From positions 11,098,001 to 11,162,000 of the forward strand of contig JAQFVV010000001.1 in the NCBI GenBank assembly GCA_028023455.1: a stretch of DNA of 64,000 nt. Direction: 5' to 3'. This DNA is from Epiperipatus broadwayi (Eukaryota > Animalia > Onychophora). A model generated the notes under the pieces. It made no database searches, was not told where the DNA came from, and saw only the letters and a list, made by a program, of their open reading frames with translations. Of the stretch, positions 1 to 14,794 are shown in pieces. The first letter of the stretch is position 1. Each line of letters begins with the position of its first letter. The position numbers and the translations under genes are program-made.

Positions 1-145
1 GTTAAAAGTCTTCAGATTCTGATACTTGGATGTATATGATCACACATAGACAATTCACTCAATTATATTTATATAAAAAAAATTGGATTTGAAGTAAAAG
101 AGAATCCTTTATTTCAACAAAAAAAACTCCAAGAAAAAAATATTA

Positions 146-592
146 TAGGTTAATGAGAAAATTTGTTTAGACTCAGATTGTCAATTAATAATAATTAATA
201 GTTTCTAGGTCAGCATCAAAAGATAAAACAGTTATTGCTCTTTGTATAACATCATCTCATTTCTATTATTTATTATAATAACAATCCATGGAAATATTTA
301 ATTCAGTATCTACAACTTTCTGGAGAAGTTTAAAATATTATTTGCACAATATCAAAAAAGATGTTATTCTTTCATATTCTCACACTTATAAAAATAGATT
401 ACTGGGTTTAAATCCATCCAACAAAAAGCTATTATAAATTAATGAGAAAACTTGTTTACTCTCAGGGATTGTCAGTAATTAGTAATTGATAACTTCTTGG
501 CAACATCAAAAAGTTAAAAGTTATCTCTCTTTACATGGATAATCTCATTTCTATTCTTCATTATCCATGGAAATATTTAATTCAATATATAT
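146..592. repeat. Diverged direct duplication, ~290 bp period
   Basis: TTAATGAGAAAA.TTGTTTA...ATCTCATTTCTATT...TCCATGGAAATATTTAATTCA occurs at ~146-312 and ~432-592. Confidence 0.65.
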
Positions 593-599
593 ATAATGT

Positions 600-2050
600 C
601 TAATTTATAAAAACTAGTAACATGATGTCTTTTATATTAAGAGCAGTAATCTAATTGTATTTGTGAATCAGGCATTGCAAACATGAGTGATCCATGAAAA
701 TTAGAAGATGGTTTCCATGAAAATTAGAAGATGGTGCCATGTTCAATTTTCACTCTAATTTTTGTCTAATGGCTTTCATCAAGAAATACATCCCTCATCC
801 AATAATTATCTTTACTTTTTTATATTACACCAATTAAAGGCCTAAAGTTCAAACATCTTAAAGTTTGGGAATTCCATATCTATATAGTTCTGATACTACA
901 TAAGCAGCAATTTATTACATTGACATTTGTTACATTCTATCTACAGGCAACTTTGACTTTTTGGCAAATAATAGTATGTTTCAAACACATTATCACATAA
1001 CTCATCCGTCACATACAACCTTCATAATTAATTTGTAGTGTTTAGTATTCTCTTTCAAGATTTTTTATTAAATTTCCTAATCCTGATATAACTACACTTT
1101 AATTTTCAGTTACAACATTAAAATTTATGTAAACTGGCTTTAATCTGTTTTATTTATTTTTTATTCTGTAGCACTGCTTCATATATTTCTATCAATTTTA
1201 TTTTAATAAGAATTTTTTCTTCAAATTCTTTTATTTTAACTCTAAAAGACATACATTTTGAAAAAAAAAAAAATTTCCAATTCAATTTTTTTTTTTTTTT
1301 GCTTTTTGATTATTTGTTGTTTTTTACTCCATATGTTTATTAGGAGATATTTAATTGACACTCTTCATTCCAAAACTTCTGATTTATATTCTGATTTTAT
1401 TTTAACTACTTATTGTTTTTCATCTTTCAATAAATCCCTTTAATTTAACATTTTTGAATAGTAATTTTCTTTTGTAATTAAAAAACACAAAACAATTCTA
1501 AACCATTAATATTGTTAAATTTATTTGGGGACTAATAATCCTACATCATTTATTTAATGAAATTTTATCCTTTATATTTTTTTTCTTTAATGATATACCA
1601 TGAAGAATAGTTTGTTGACATCCCATAATATTTTAACTCATATTGGAATTGTTTTAAAAGCTCTGCCATTTCTGATCAAACTTGCAATCACTAACTAAGT
1701 AATTTTTAATTAACTGATTCTCTGAGATTAATTTATCACATTTGGAAATATTTCCAATTTGGTTAATCATAAAACAGATGGTTATTTATGAAATATGGAA
1801 CTTTTTTCACTTTTTTTTTTGAGTGGTTTAATAACTCTTGTTATTTTATTTCTTTTATAAATTAAAGATTTTATTATTTCTGATATTCTCAAAAATTTCC
1901 TGGCTGCAACATCAAATTTTTCTTTTGAAATATTATATAAAATACAGCTTTGAAAACAAAAACAAAAAAAAATATGTCAACAAAATGTCCAATTCATTTG
2001 TAAATGCTTTTCAATTAAGGTATAATTTTTGATAATGTTTGTTTGCAAAA
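600..2050 (-). mobile_element. Highly decayed non-LTR retrotransposon (LINE, APE-type endonuclease region)
   Basis: Purine-rich minus strand; broken translations resemble LINE endonuclease motifs (TWH...QIQLDY near 640-740; NV..GL/G.L.NL.RE near 1040-1120). Many stops. Confidence 0.35.
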
Positions 2051-2539
2051 ATGTTGAGAATATATTCATATATATACAATAAAAATAATATGTTTAAATT
2101 GCTTTAAAAAAAGCTTTTAGATATTTTAAAATTATTTTTTCAGTATCTTCAAAATATAGAAGCCATATAGAGAATTTAATTATATATATTATAACAAGAT
2201 GGGGAAATATCATCATCAACTCTAAGTCAACAAAATAACACATATTTCTAATAATAATTTAATATAAAATATAAAGTAATGAGCAATAATATCATAAGAT
2301 GAATCACTGTAAAGAGAATCTAAAGTAATGCTTCAAGTAAGAGATATTATTAAAGGATATAGATATTAAAGTAATGTTTAATATCACAAATATCTCATTA
2401 ATGTTATATATTATAAGAGCATGAGAGATCATGAAAACTCTGAGAGATCAGCCCAGTTAACTCCCTAGAGTAACTATGATTAACTATAAATCCACCAGAA
2501 TTAAAACAAGTATAACTACTACTCAAGTAATAACCATTC

Positions 2540-2695
2540 ATTTTCATGAATAATTGATAATAAAAATAAATCAACAGTCAATCTTGTGACTGGATTTGAG
2601 TTAGGTCTACTGTAGACTAGGCCAACTATTTAGCCTTTGTCAGCTTGGGGCAATTAATTAACCATTAATTTGAATACACAAACTAAGTGCTCATC
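2540..2695. repeat. Interspersed repeat family E, copy 1 (partner ~27410-27590)
   Basis: AAATCAACAGTCAATCTTGTGACTGGATTTGA...GTCTACT.TAGAC.AGGC.AA.TATTTAGCCTTT..CAGCTTG.GGCA shared with the 27.4-27.6 kb copy. Confidence 0.8.
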
Positions 2696-3416
2696 AAATA
2701 CAATCATAAAAACAAATTATCTGCCAAAGTGTTTAATGCCAATATTCTCATGTACTCTCAGACAATGAAAGTTGAGGAATTTCAGTCAATCTTATCTATT
2801 TGTTTTTGGCTAATATTTGTTAATTCAATAAAATGTAAAATATACTAATAATTATATTCATTTTAGCTAACATTTGTTTCTGGATCCTGTCCCTCAATTA
2901 TCTGAACAATGTTTAAGATCTCTTTCTCTCCCTGGGTCTAGCTGGCAGCATTTATATTCATCATCATCAACTTTTTGATCACTGTAAATATTTCTAGATT
3001 GATGGTGGCCTACTGGCACTCTTGGTGTTAAAAAGGTGCAGAGTTTCTGGTATAATATATACTAAGACATAATTAACTATTTATTAGTCTGCTTTCAGAA
3101 TATATTATATTTGCTTGATTAGTGAGGTTTGTTTAAATTTCTTTGTGTTATTAATCTTATACTCTCTTAGTTAAGTTGCAGTCTTTAGTATCTATATAAA
3201 TGTATCAGACCATAGATAAAGGTGGTACCACTTTTATTGTTAAAGGAGGTTGCCATGAATATAAATTGAGATTGTTGATAGTTTAAGGGTTGGTTGTTAC
3301 ATATATATACAACCAGCAATAATTTATGAATAACTTTTAATATTGATAATTCGTATCTATTTATAATATGTAAATACATGTATATTATCTGTAATAAATT
3401 TATTGTAATTATAAAT

Positions 3417-3600
3417 GACTTGAACTCAGGCTTTTAAACTCCCCACAACTATTCAATCCATCTTATGCAACTGATACACATGACCACATATATATGAAAA
3501 AGATAAATGATCTCCAATATACATATTTGAGTTCTGATTCAGAATGAAATATGTATATAGTCACATTACATGTTTTTCATTTAAAAATAAATGATCAGAT
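3417..3600 (-). repeat. Degenerate partial copy of hammerhead-repeat family C
   Basis: ATCTTATGCAACTGATACACATGA...GAAAAAGATAAATGATCTCCAATA matches family C copies at 32.5 and 50.9 kb; ribozyme core is destroyed. Confidence 0.75.
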
Positions 3601-3831
3601 CTATTAAGAAAGAAAGTATAATATGTTTTAGAGTAGTTTTCTTTTGTTTTCAGATTTTTAAAATGCAATTTTGTAGAATGAAATTGCGTTTATATATTTT
3701 TTTTAAAGAGAACAGGGTGGAGGAGATATCTAAAATAGAAAATATTTAAAACTTGTTTTTCTTTCTCTTTTTAAAGAATCAATAATCATAATTTCTTCCA
3801 TTTATCAAAATCAACAAGAGTTTCATGAATA

Positions 3832-4920
3832 AAATAAATAGATTGTGCTCCAAACTTTTCTGGAGAGGTAAAACAGTCGTGGTCAACCTCAAAGGCACTC
3901 AGCAACCAAGAAAGCTTTAAATGGTCTTGCTTTTCACTCTGTTCAGGCATTGATTTACCAAAAAACCCAAAATGTCATACACAACTTGGTAGCATCATAT
4001 GATTTTAACACCATTCTCCAAAAAGCTTTACTTCAAAAAGTAACACCCACTGACCGACCTCCACCAGGCAGATAAATATGGATCACTAGACTCACAAGTC
4101 TCGTCAAACAGCTCTGTCCAATAATGTACTCCACATTCGATTCTAAAATCTTATTATGGCAAGCATACACAATCCTCCATCCAATCTTATGTTCTATAAT
4201 CAACACACTTTATTACAACAATCAGAAACTGTTACCCAACTTTAAAAGATGGAGTCTAGAGGTCAAATACTTACATTTCCTCATCAAATACAACATTAAT
4301 GAACTACCTACATACAGATCACTTCCTCTTTTACAAATGAGGTTACAAGAACATAGACCCTACTTGCAGCATTTGCATGAATGGTTCTGAGACATTGGAT
4401 CATCTCTTCTCACAGTGTACAGGTCTCAGAGTGATTTGAGAAATCATACTCTCCAACACCAAGATAAATTTCCAACTGATCTTATCTCTGAAGGATAGTA
4501 TCAATACTAAAATCTACCCAATAATACGTCTCAATATTTTTGAACAATATCATATGGGTTACACATTGTAAACTAATCATGGAACACCCACAACCTCTTA
4601 TAACACAGGTTTTTTTTTTTCAAAACAATGATTAAAATCCAGAAGAGAGACCAACTTCTGGCATCATCAAAAGCATTTGAGGACACCTGGACATTATACA
4701 CTATGCCAAACTAACAACAAGGAAAAAAAGGAGGGGAACAACAATCAGATAACAAATATGTAAAGATTTAATGTTCACACCATCTTGCACTTAGAGCACA
4801 ACAACATAGAGTCAACAGAACTCCAAATGGAAATAACAAGATAGTTAGAACAACAATGTAAACCTAGTATGTTTGGTTTGATACCATTGTATACATTAGA
4901 AATAATAAATTATTATTGAA
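3832..4920 (+). mobile_element. 5'-truncated L1/Tx1-like LINE relic (RT C-terminal region and 3' end)
   Basis: KLFWRGKTVVV...PRK resembles the L1/Tx1 'FLW.GK....L..P...GGL' motif; includes ORF 4124..4390; Cys/His-like remnant near 4660-4710; ends with AATAATAAA. Confidence 0.6.
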
Positions 4921-5467
4921 ACTAAATAAGTAAATATAGAAAGTTAAAATGAAATTTTGTTTGTAGAAGCTTTCACAAATGTAATTACTTTAAAAGATTT
5001 CTAGCTGATAATAAAGTTGGAATTAATAATTGTAATAACTACAAACTGTAAACTATCTTTCAATTCCCACGATCTCTGCACAATCTTTTTTTTAACAGAT
5101 CTTTTTTGTTTTTTGCATTTAGTCCCTCAGAAGTTATATCTGACTCTGTGTGTTCATATTCTTGCATTTTATCAAGTATATTTTATGTCTCACCTTGTTT
5201 TTGCTGTGATTTCCTAATTTGCTTTGGTTTACCTGAATCCAAGCTTAAATATGCTTCATTATTGCTGCCACTTATTTCTTTGCAATAACTCATTTTTAAA
5301 TGCCATCTGTCTCCATCTTTTAGATTATAAGATTTAGAGTGATTAAACTCTAAAATCTTCTGGTTTTAAAGCCTTATCATTTTGTAGTTAAGTAGAGATA
5401 AAAGGTGGCTGTTGGAGGGTTGCAGTAGAGCCTAAGATCTAGGTTTTAGTGCTCTCAGATCCAAGGC

Positions 5468-5509
5468 TCCTCACTGACAAAGGCCACAAGCCAGAAACTA
5501 GTTAGAGGA
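5468..5509 (+). ncRNA. Hammerhead ribozyme A1, core mutated (CUGACAA)
   Basis: TCCTCA-CTGACAA-AGGCCACAAGCCA-GAAA-CTAG-TT-AGAGGA; two core substitutions relative to sister copies. Confidence 0.7.
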
Positions 5510-5923
5510 TATTGGATGAGTAGGCACTAGATGGAGATTTTATGCAAAAATCTTCTGGCATCCATTGATTACTCTGGCTTGCACTGAGTGGCAATACATA
5601 TAGAGAGTTTTGCTTGTTTTAATAACTGTTAAGAGCAAGCATAAGAAATGGTGATAATGTGATGTTTATTGGCTTAAAACCAATCCTGCCTAATAGGATA
5701 GTGGTGGGTATGATCACTAAAGAATCAAACACACCAAAATGTATAAGTACTGAACTGAGTTCAGACCTATATAACTATATAAGCTGGTGAGCTTGGATTG
5801 AAAATATTATAGTGTTTTCAATTTAAGTCTCATAGTTTTGTAGTTAAGTAGAGATAAAAGATGACTTCTGGAGGGTTGCATTAGATCATAAGATCTAGGT
5901 TTTAGTGCTCTCCGATCCAAGGC

Positions 5924-5965
5924 TCCTCACTGATGAAGGCAACAAACCAGAAACTAGTCTGAGGA
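5924..5965 (+). ncRNA. Type I minimal hammerhead ribozyme A2
   Basis: TCCTCA-CTGATGA-AGGCAACAAACCA-GAAA-CTAG-TC-TGAGGA: perfect 6 bp helix I, intact core, GUC triplet (predicted cut 5959/5960), palindromic ACTAGT helix III; helix II weakened in this copy. Confidence 0.85.
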
Positions 5966-8900
5966 TATTGGATGAGTAGGCACTAGATGGGGATTTTATG
6001 CACAAGCTTTCTGGCATCCATTGATTATTCTGGATTACACTGAGTGGCAATATGTATAGAGAGTTTTGCCTGTTTTAATAACAGTTAAGAGCAAGCATAA
6101 GAAATGGTGATCATCTGATGTTTATTGGCTTAAAGTAATATTTGAAGAGAAGTGGTCTTGAAGAATTAAAAAGCTATATAGAAATAATAACAAGCTTTCA
6201 AAATACACAGAACTACTCAAAAATGTTAACAGTTTCACAATAATATTTCATTAATACTTTTCTCAAGTATATTATTTTATGAATTTAAAAAAATCTCTTT
6301 TCATCGCTAATTTCCCAGCATTAATTATTTCAAGAAAAATAGTTTATAAAAATGCTATCAAAAATAAAAAATGTATCTTATAAGAATAGTTCATATTGAA
6401 GGGTCATGTTAATTTCACTCTATACAGCACAGTGAGCTGTGCATTTATTTAATAGATATAATTTTGAAAAAAGTAAAGTTATGGCAACTACCAATGAGAA
6501 AACAAGACCATTATTTGATTTTAATCTTGATAAATTGTAAGTCAAAATTTTATCAAAATTTTCAAAAATTGTTATTAATGGAAAATCCATATTATATATT
6601 ATGCCCTTTCTACTAGGTCCAGATAGGTCTAATGAGCCAATTTTTAAAAAAAATTTAAATTAAGGATACATTTTAAATGGTATGACTACTTTATAATATT
6701 GGTAATATTTTTAAATGCTTTGTTAAAGTAAAGTGAGCATAGTAAATACATAAAAACTATATTAATATGTTAAAGTAATAAAGTCAAGCTAAATATTATG
6801 ATTTTTATATGGTTGGTAAAACTGGCCATAGTAAAATAATATACTAAAAGTCTTATTAAACTAAGTGCTATAAGTTAATTTTAAAATAATGACTTAAAAT
6901 CAAATAAACTAATGTATTTTGATATAAAAATTATATTTAATATTTATGTTATAAACTATGTATTTAAAATATAATATTTTGTGATAGACAAATGTGTTTA
7001 ATTTGTTACAGCTTAAATAGTATCCAAATTATTATTCCAAATTCTATTATTATATTACTATTTTTTAATATAATATTTTTATAATTAAAAATTTATTTCT
7101 GTTATCAGACAGCAATTAAAAATTGTTACATACTGTCTGGATTTGATGTCATGTGACACAAATACTCATACTTTTGTGCTTGCAAGTTTTCTAAAGATAG
7201 TTTCAAAATTGCTTTAGAATTGTTTTAAAAAATTGAAACATTTGTTATCAGAAGATAAAATTAAATGTTAGAAAATTTTTAATTGGTCATTTTAAAATCT
7301 ATGTAGTTAATAAAGTTAAATTTTAAAAATAGATACATTAAAAATAAATATTGGATAAATTACTAAAGTATTATTCTTAAAATGTTATTTTAAAGTGTTT
7401 AATTTGTTTAAATAAAAGTATAAAATTAATTTAGAATTAAATAATATATTTAATGAGTCATAGATTTTATTTCTAAATTTTAATAACCTAAACTTAACAG
7501 ATATGTAAATTAGATCATCAGTTGAAGATCTAAATAGCCAATCAAATCATCAATTTATTTTGATATAAAAGTAGATGTCATTTTTCTGGGGTGATAAATG
7601 TGTGCTTTAAATAACATAAGGGGGTGCTTAATAACTAAATAACTATGTTAATAACTTATTTTTTTATTATTAATATCAAAGTTTTACTACTTGAAATTAT
7701 TGTTTTTAAAAAAGAAGATTGAAAAGATTATAAATTTATTAAGCTAAAACTATGCGTAGTTAAATTTCTAAAAATTCCCTATCAATTATTCCATTAAAGC
7801 TTGAGCCAGCTTCACAGTAGCTATGGATTTAATACCAGAAATAGGTATGTATTCAAGAGAATTGAGGATTGAGGTACAGATACCAAATAAAATTACAATT
7901 TTAAAAATATTATTGGATAAAGATATATCATTATTTATTTTAATATTTTGGACATTGTCAAGGAAATTAGACAGAAAAATTCTTCAAAAATTTTATATTT
8001 TAAATGCATTATATCATAAGAATAGATACCCATAGTTGAATAGCAAACCTATATGGTAAAAACTTTATTTTTTAATATTTTAAAAATATAACCTTTAAAA
8101 AAGTTGCAGTAAATATTTTAAAAGAGATATTGTTTTAAAAGCTTATTATAAACTTATCTTGAAGTGATGATAAAGATATAAAAGCCAATGGTACTGCGAA
8201 TAAATTTTATATGACAAGTCATCATTAAAAAAGAGCCCGTAAATCATTTTAATATTCTAAAAAAATGATTTTTAGAATTATTTGTCAAAAAGGAAATAAA
8301 TGGGTAATTAAAAATAATATTATCCTGGCTGAAATAACTTTATAATTAATTTTTTTTATTACTATAAAATGATATTTGGATGAAATACAAAGTGCATATT
8401 TTCCATAAAAATAAATGGATCTATATAGCCATCACTGATGCATCTAAATCCCATGTAGGATCCTAGTGAACAGGGAAACTCCGGAGATTAATTTTAAAAC
8501 TTTCCCAGTGATATCACAATTTAATAATTATTGTCCTAAAATTTATAAACAATTGACTATAATTTTTATGAACTTTTATAAAAGGATTAATAATTTTGCT
8601 TTGAAATAATGTTGGATACAAAAGTCAACTTCACTTCATTTTTTTTTTATTATTTATGAATTTATGCACACTGGGAGAAAAAAGGTTTTTGTTCTCAAAT
8701 GTTGGACAGTAGTTATCTTAGCAACAAACATTGGGGAGTAAGCTTTTATGAAGGACTTCTAATGAAGAAATATTAGGAGGAAGAAAGGAACTTTTTTATT
8801 TGAACTTTATGATGGGTTGGAGTTTTTGTAAATATAGTTTTATTTATTATTTTGTTTACTAATTATAGTATTAGATTTTTTATTTAGTGTAGGTAGAAAA

Positions 8901-11098
8901 ATTACATTGAAATATTTAGTAATCTAACATAATTAATATTGTAATGAATATTTTAATTCTTTATAAAATTTTTATAAACATTTTTCTAAGTATGATAGTA
9001 ATAATGGATATTATTATTATTTAATATATTTGTTATATGAAATATTGGACCAGAAAATGTCTAAGAGTGACCGACCAGCAAAATTGTCACTAGGTAAATC
9101 TTTGTAAAATATATTAATTTCTCATGATATATATTTTATGGTTTTTTTAGAAATTGCTTGGAATGTTTTTATAATATTACCTTATCATATGAATGTATGA
9201 ATATATGTGCATGCATTAATTACACATAAAATGTTATTGCTATTCTAGAGATATGAGCTAGGATTTTTTTTTAAAAAAAGATATACATACTTTTCTTTTA
9301 TATTACTAATGTAATATAATTTACTGATACCTAATTTTATATGATTCTTTAACAGAGGAACTATATTTTTAAAATATTTTAAATATTGATTTTAATATCT
9401 GAAAACAAAAATCATTTGTATTTTTATTGCTGAATTTGAGGTGAAAGGAAATTTTCTTGTTATAGTAGTTTTAGATTATTGAAGTCATATGTGAATCTTG
9501 TTTATTGTTTAGAGTAATGTTAGATAATTTTGCAATGTAGATTGATAAATCTATTATGAAGTTTTAAAGTGATAGTGACCTTGGGATTATGAAAAGAAAC
9601 CAATAGATGCTTATATGTAGGATTTATGGGGAATACAAAGTAACATATTATTATCTTAGTAGTTTATGCAAGTACAGATAACATAGCCATGTGTCTTGTA
9701 TATATTTTCCATGGGCAGTGTCTTTCTTAGTATTAAGTATTTTAATGTTCGAAGGAGCTGAATAAATAGCCTGAACATTATTTTTTATAGTGGAGGTCAT
9801 TAGACAGAGAAGTCATGCCACTTTGTATGCACTGTTGCCATGTAGATTATCCACATATTTATACTATTGAGTCTATACTCTAGTTAATTATTCATGCCTA
9901 GGCATTGTATCACTACCTTAATTTCAAAAGTTGTTGCATCATACAGAATTGTATTTATAAAAGAAAATAATGAATAATTTTTGAATTGTAAAATCATTAT
10001 TTTGAAGAAAGATGAGATAGGTTTTTTCTTGCTTTTGCTTATGTTAAAGTCAAATACAAATGAGATTGAAAGTAAATGCAAACTATAATAATAAAGAATC
10101 ATAAATATTACCGTATTTTATTAAACTATTTTTAAAAAATATATGAGATAAATTAATCATGAGAGTTTTGAATAATTGTTGGATATTTTTATTATACATG
10201 GTAACGCATATTTTTAAAGAATAGAACATACAGAAGAAACAACATAAAATAGAATGAGTACTTTATTTTGTGAATATTATTTTATGTTTTAAAACATACA
10301 TAAAACACACACATAGGGATTTTATTAGAGTAGTGCCAAGCAAGGTATATAAAAGTATGTCAATCATATTATTTTATTCAATTCAATTTATTTATTTAAC
10401 GAACCAAGATAAAAATTTTGAATAACATCAGCACTGTCATAGTAGAAGTTTGATTAAGTTATTATAAAATCTATGAACATATCTTAAAAATGAATGTTAC
10501 TTCAGTAGTTTTTTTTATATATATATTTTCGTGTATGCTTGCGAAAACTATTTATTTAAAACATGTGAATTAATAGATATTATATTCAACTATACGTGTA
10601 TTCGTAATTAGTAGTATTATTATTTTAAATAAATGTGCAAATGTTTATAAGTTGAAGTAAAGGCTTATTTACTTGTTGATTTTATTTAATTTTTTGAATG
10701 AGGAATTTTGTAATTTATCTAAAATATAACTGTAAATATTGTATATAGTTTTTGTTAAAAGTCTATAATAATAAATTTTGTTAAACTTGTTTTATAAAAC
10801 TTTGTGTTGTGTTGATTATTCACCATTATAAATACACGATCGCCAGATACCAAAAGGAACATAATATTTTCACAGTACAAATATAATTATTTACTTAAGA
10901 AATTACAATGCTTCAGAGTATAATATATTTGAGAAATTTCATTTTACACTATTATTATTATTATGGTCATAATTAATTATATAATTTATTGCATAGAATT
11001 ATAACGTTATTCGTTGCCACATAGTCTCAGATTATCAGATTATACCACATATTCTATTTAAGATACCACATGAGGACAAAAAGATTATATTATATTAC

Positions 11099-11099
<1 letters not shown>

Positions 11100-11181
<82 letters not shown>
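11100..11181. repeat. (ATT)n microsatellite
   Basis: Near-perfect trinucleotide run of ~27 units. Confidence 0.95.
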
Positions 11182-14100
11182 GATAGTTACCATAACATTG
11201 AACAGTAGATAAGATTGATAATTATTCATCGAAGATTATTATTTATTATTGTTGTTATTATTATTAGTTAGGTGTAGTTGAGGATGATACAAAATCCCTT
11301 ATCATACTTAGCTACAGAATATTATAAATTGATTAGAGTTATTTTAAAGAATCTGAGATAATTATAGTTATATTGTTTATTTCAATAAAGAGATTAGGAT
11401 TTAGTTAGTAGCATTATATTAAATTGATTATTATTTTAAAGTCGTAAGAATGCTATGAATTTATTATTATTTGAAATAATAGAGGGGGATAGTATTCTTA
11501 TGCCATTGAGGTGGTATCCTGTGGGATATTGGCTCAATGTAATTCTTTACTGCTTGGACTTCACTTCATTGTCTCATGATTTATTAATATTTTATTTATT
11601 TAATTTTACATAAACTGAACCATTTATTATTTATTAATTAGTTAGAGCTATTTAAATAGTAGAAATTATTATAGGATATTTTTATTATTGATTATAGTAA
11701 GATTATAAATATTTTAGCCTAGCGTAATCATTTTATCTGAGGTAGTCTTATTTTCCTATTATTATATTTCCAGATAGTGAGGGTACAATATATTAAAGAA
11801 AATTGTTTGAAAAATGTCTTTCTATATGAGTCCTTCAGATAAAGCCATAGTGTAATACATTTAAATAAACTTACTAAGGCAGAACATTATAAAGTTTTTT
11901 TTTTTCATATTTAAAATTAGGAAAGAAAATAAATTATCTGCTTATTGATATTTTAATTAAAATGTGTTCATCTTTTGTTGGCATAATTGACATGTTATAT
12001 AGATATTATTGTAGGTTAATTCCAATGATCAAATATTAACCTATTAATGGAGAAAGTATACTTTATATAAATAAATTGAAGTGATGAATGTTTATATGAA
12101 TTGAAATATTTATTGTTACAACTATTTATATATATATATATATAAACTGATAATCGAAAAAGAAATAGTACTCAGATTATGTGTTAATTTTTTTTTTCAA
12201 GCTTTATTAAAATTTTAAGCAGTAAATTTAAATAATATAAATACAATATATTTAGTTATAGAATACATATTTGTGTGTGAAATGTAATATTGAATATATT
12301 TTGTTTTACTTTTTTGCCCTAAAAATGAATTTTTGAGCATATTTGATTATTTTATTTTTAAATAAATATATGTTCAGCACAATACAATATTAAGATTTAT
12401 ATACCAACTAAATATATTAGTATTGTATCAATATAAAAAAGTTGATATTGCAGTTTTATTTCATCATAGTCCTATTGAAGTTTGACTCCTATTATTCTCA
12501 GATTCAACCTCCATATGATTTTCTAGAACCATCAGTATATTAAACTAAAGCACAAATGCTAAAAAATATTACAATTGTATTAAATCAATATAACTACATA
12601 CACTTGCATAATATCTAATTTATTATACATCAAAACCAATAAACTGATAATACTTTTGAATTCCATAACATTATAGGAATATAAAGAGCTTTCTGAAGTA
12701 TCAAATGATATCTAGCCATGATTTCGATCCATGGAATATTAAAATAATATGTTCAGAGTGCAATGGTTGGAAAAGAAAATTTAAAAAGACCTGGTTTATT
12801 ACTAATAACATGTATGTGATAAACAAAAAGTCTCTTACATAGCCTTGTCCCAGAAATAAAATATGTATATTAGAAATTTACATATTTAACCATTTAGTAT
12901 TAATGTCATGTTTTTTTCCTAATAGTACCAATTTAGCTGATATGTTTGAGCACTATGATTATTCATGTCAAAAGCATTGCTCAGCAAGTTATTAGTTGAA
13001 TTTTCAAATAAAGTTTAATCTTTTAAGTGTATTAATGCTACTTATAGACTTACATAACTAAAAAAATATCAACAAATTAAAAATTCTTCTCCTTTTTCTT
13101 TTGCTGTGTTATTATATATGATAACTAAAAAAAGAAACAAAATTCGATAGAGTTACTAAAATTAAGACTATATTTGTAAATACTGAGATATCAGGGTAAA
13201 TTTTATTAAGCATTGACAAATTCTCAACATTTTTAACATCTCCTTGTAATATCATATTACCTAGTTATAAAAGCTACTGGAGAGCATAAACTCAAGTTTA
13301 TATAGAAGAAATGTGTACATAAAAATAATATATTGCCAAGTAAAAGGTAAAAAGGTAATTTTATAATATATTATTAAAAATGTAAATTGTAACCCAAAAA
13401 AATAAATTGGAAAATATTCTGTCATAAAATTACTTTATTTTTGTCTTGATTTCTAATTTTAAAAAGTTATTACTTAACAAAGCTTGACAGATTACTAGAT
13501 GTAAAGTTACAATTATACATTATTTTCAAAAAATAAACACAATTTGGATATTCAAATTATTCAAACATTGTAGAATAAGGAATACTTTAGTGGTATAAAG
13601 ATAAATATCCAGATGCATAGTTTATTTTTATTTAATATTAAAAAAATCATGTGAGATTACTATATGTTATTTAGAAAAGGTATATACATTATATATTTTA
13701 TATGGTGTAATATTATTTATATGTGAAACAGGGTCAGAATTAATGATTTGGCTTGAATTTTTGGTTTTAGATTTCACTGATGTTATTCTCCATATAATTA
13801 TTCTTTGTTTTATAGATACTATTAAATCTAATAACTATAAATACTTGCTGATTAACTAAATACATGTTGGTAAAATTTACAATTGTTTAATTACCAATGC
13901 CATTACATAATTAATAACTACTCTTGGAGTTGATTAACTAAATCCAACTTTTTTTAATTTTAGTCCTAAGATGATATAAAATGCATGAGTGTGACTGTAA
14001 CCTAGAAACACATTTTGATTTTTTTTATTGTTTATTTAAAAAATAATATAAATTCATAACATAAGAGACCCCCCCCTCTCCTGCAATAATGATTCTACAA

Positions 14101-14794
14101 GCTCTATTTTATTTATAACATGTTTATGTGATCCACTTTAATAACACTCAGAGATAAAATAATAAATATATATACTTTTTAAAAATTATTAATAAATTGC
14201 AGTAATTTAATTTATTCATTTATCTTTCAATATTCATTCACATTTTATAATCATAATGATTCAGAATAGAATTTTGAAACAAACCTGTTAATATTTTTCT
14301 GACATTAGTAAATCAGCAATTATAATTTTTCCCATTCAGATACTTTATACATCTATCTTTAGCAAATATTGTTAAATTTTTTATTTTAATTTTAAAAAAA
14401 AGTTTAAATAATTATTTATTAAATTGATAATTTAAAAATATATTTTGATAAAATTTTTAAAAATATATTTGAGACTGTCCATTAACATTTTACTGATTTT
14501 TATTTTTAACTTTTAGAAAATATCCAGGAAGCTAACACTTTTTATTCTATGGATGCTAAATAAAATAATAAAATAATTAATATCAACTATATACAAATTA
14601 GTTTAATTCTTTTATTGTTTCAATTATATACAAATTAGTTTAATTCTTTCATTGTCTATATTTTTTTATTGCAGCAGGAAAACATATATAAAAATATAAA
14701 TATAAATATATATAAAAATTTCAGTAAAGTATGTATTTGTGAAAAAAACAAAAATATATATTATACAAATAAAATGTCCATTAATTGAAAACTA

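Larger units (their letters stand above)
5381..6134 (+). mobile_element. Hammerhead-repeat family A tandem array (1.7 units, 456 bp period); retrozyme / Penelope pLTR-like
   Basis: TTGTAGTTAAGTAGAGATAAAAG at ~5382 and ~5838; a hammerhead motif in each unit; same family inverted at 25640-26590. Confidence 0.85.

Noticed and set aside
690-735. Short perfect tandem duplications (23 bp here; similar at ~14587-14660, ~26875-26960, ~37185-37240)
   Set aside because: Ordinary slippage duplications with no further structure.
6461-13400. Intact spliced gene assembled from GT-AG bounded segments (e.g. 6461-6537, ~9053-9092, ~12677-12820)
   Set aside because: Phases could only be joined by assuming homopolymer errors, weak splice sites or very short introns; in-motif stops favour a decayed cadherin relic.
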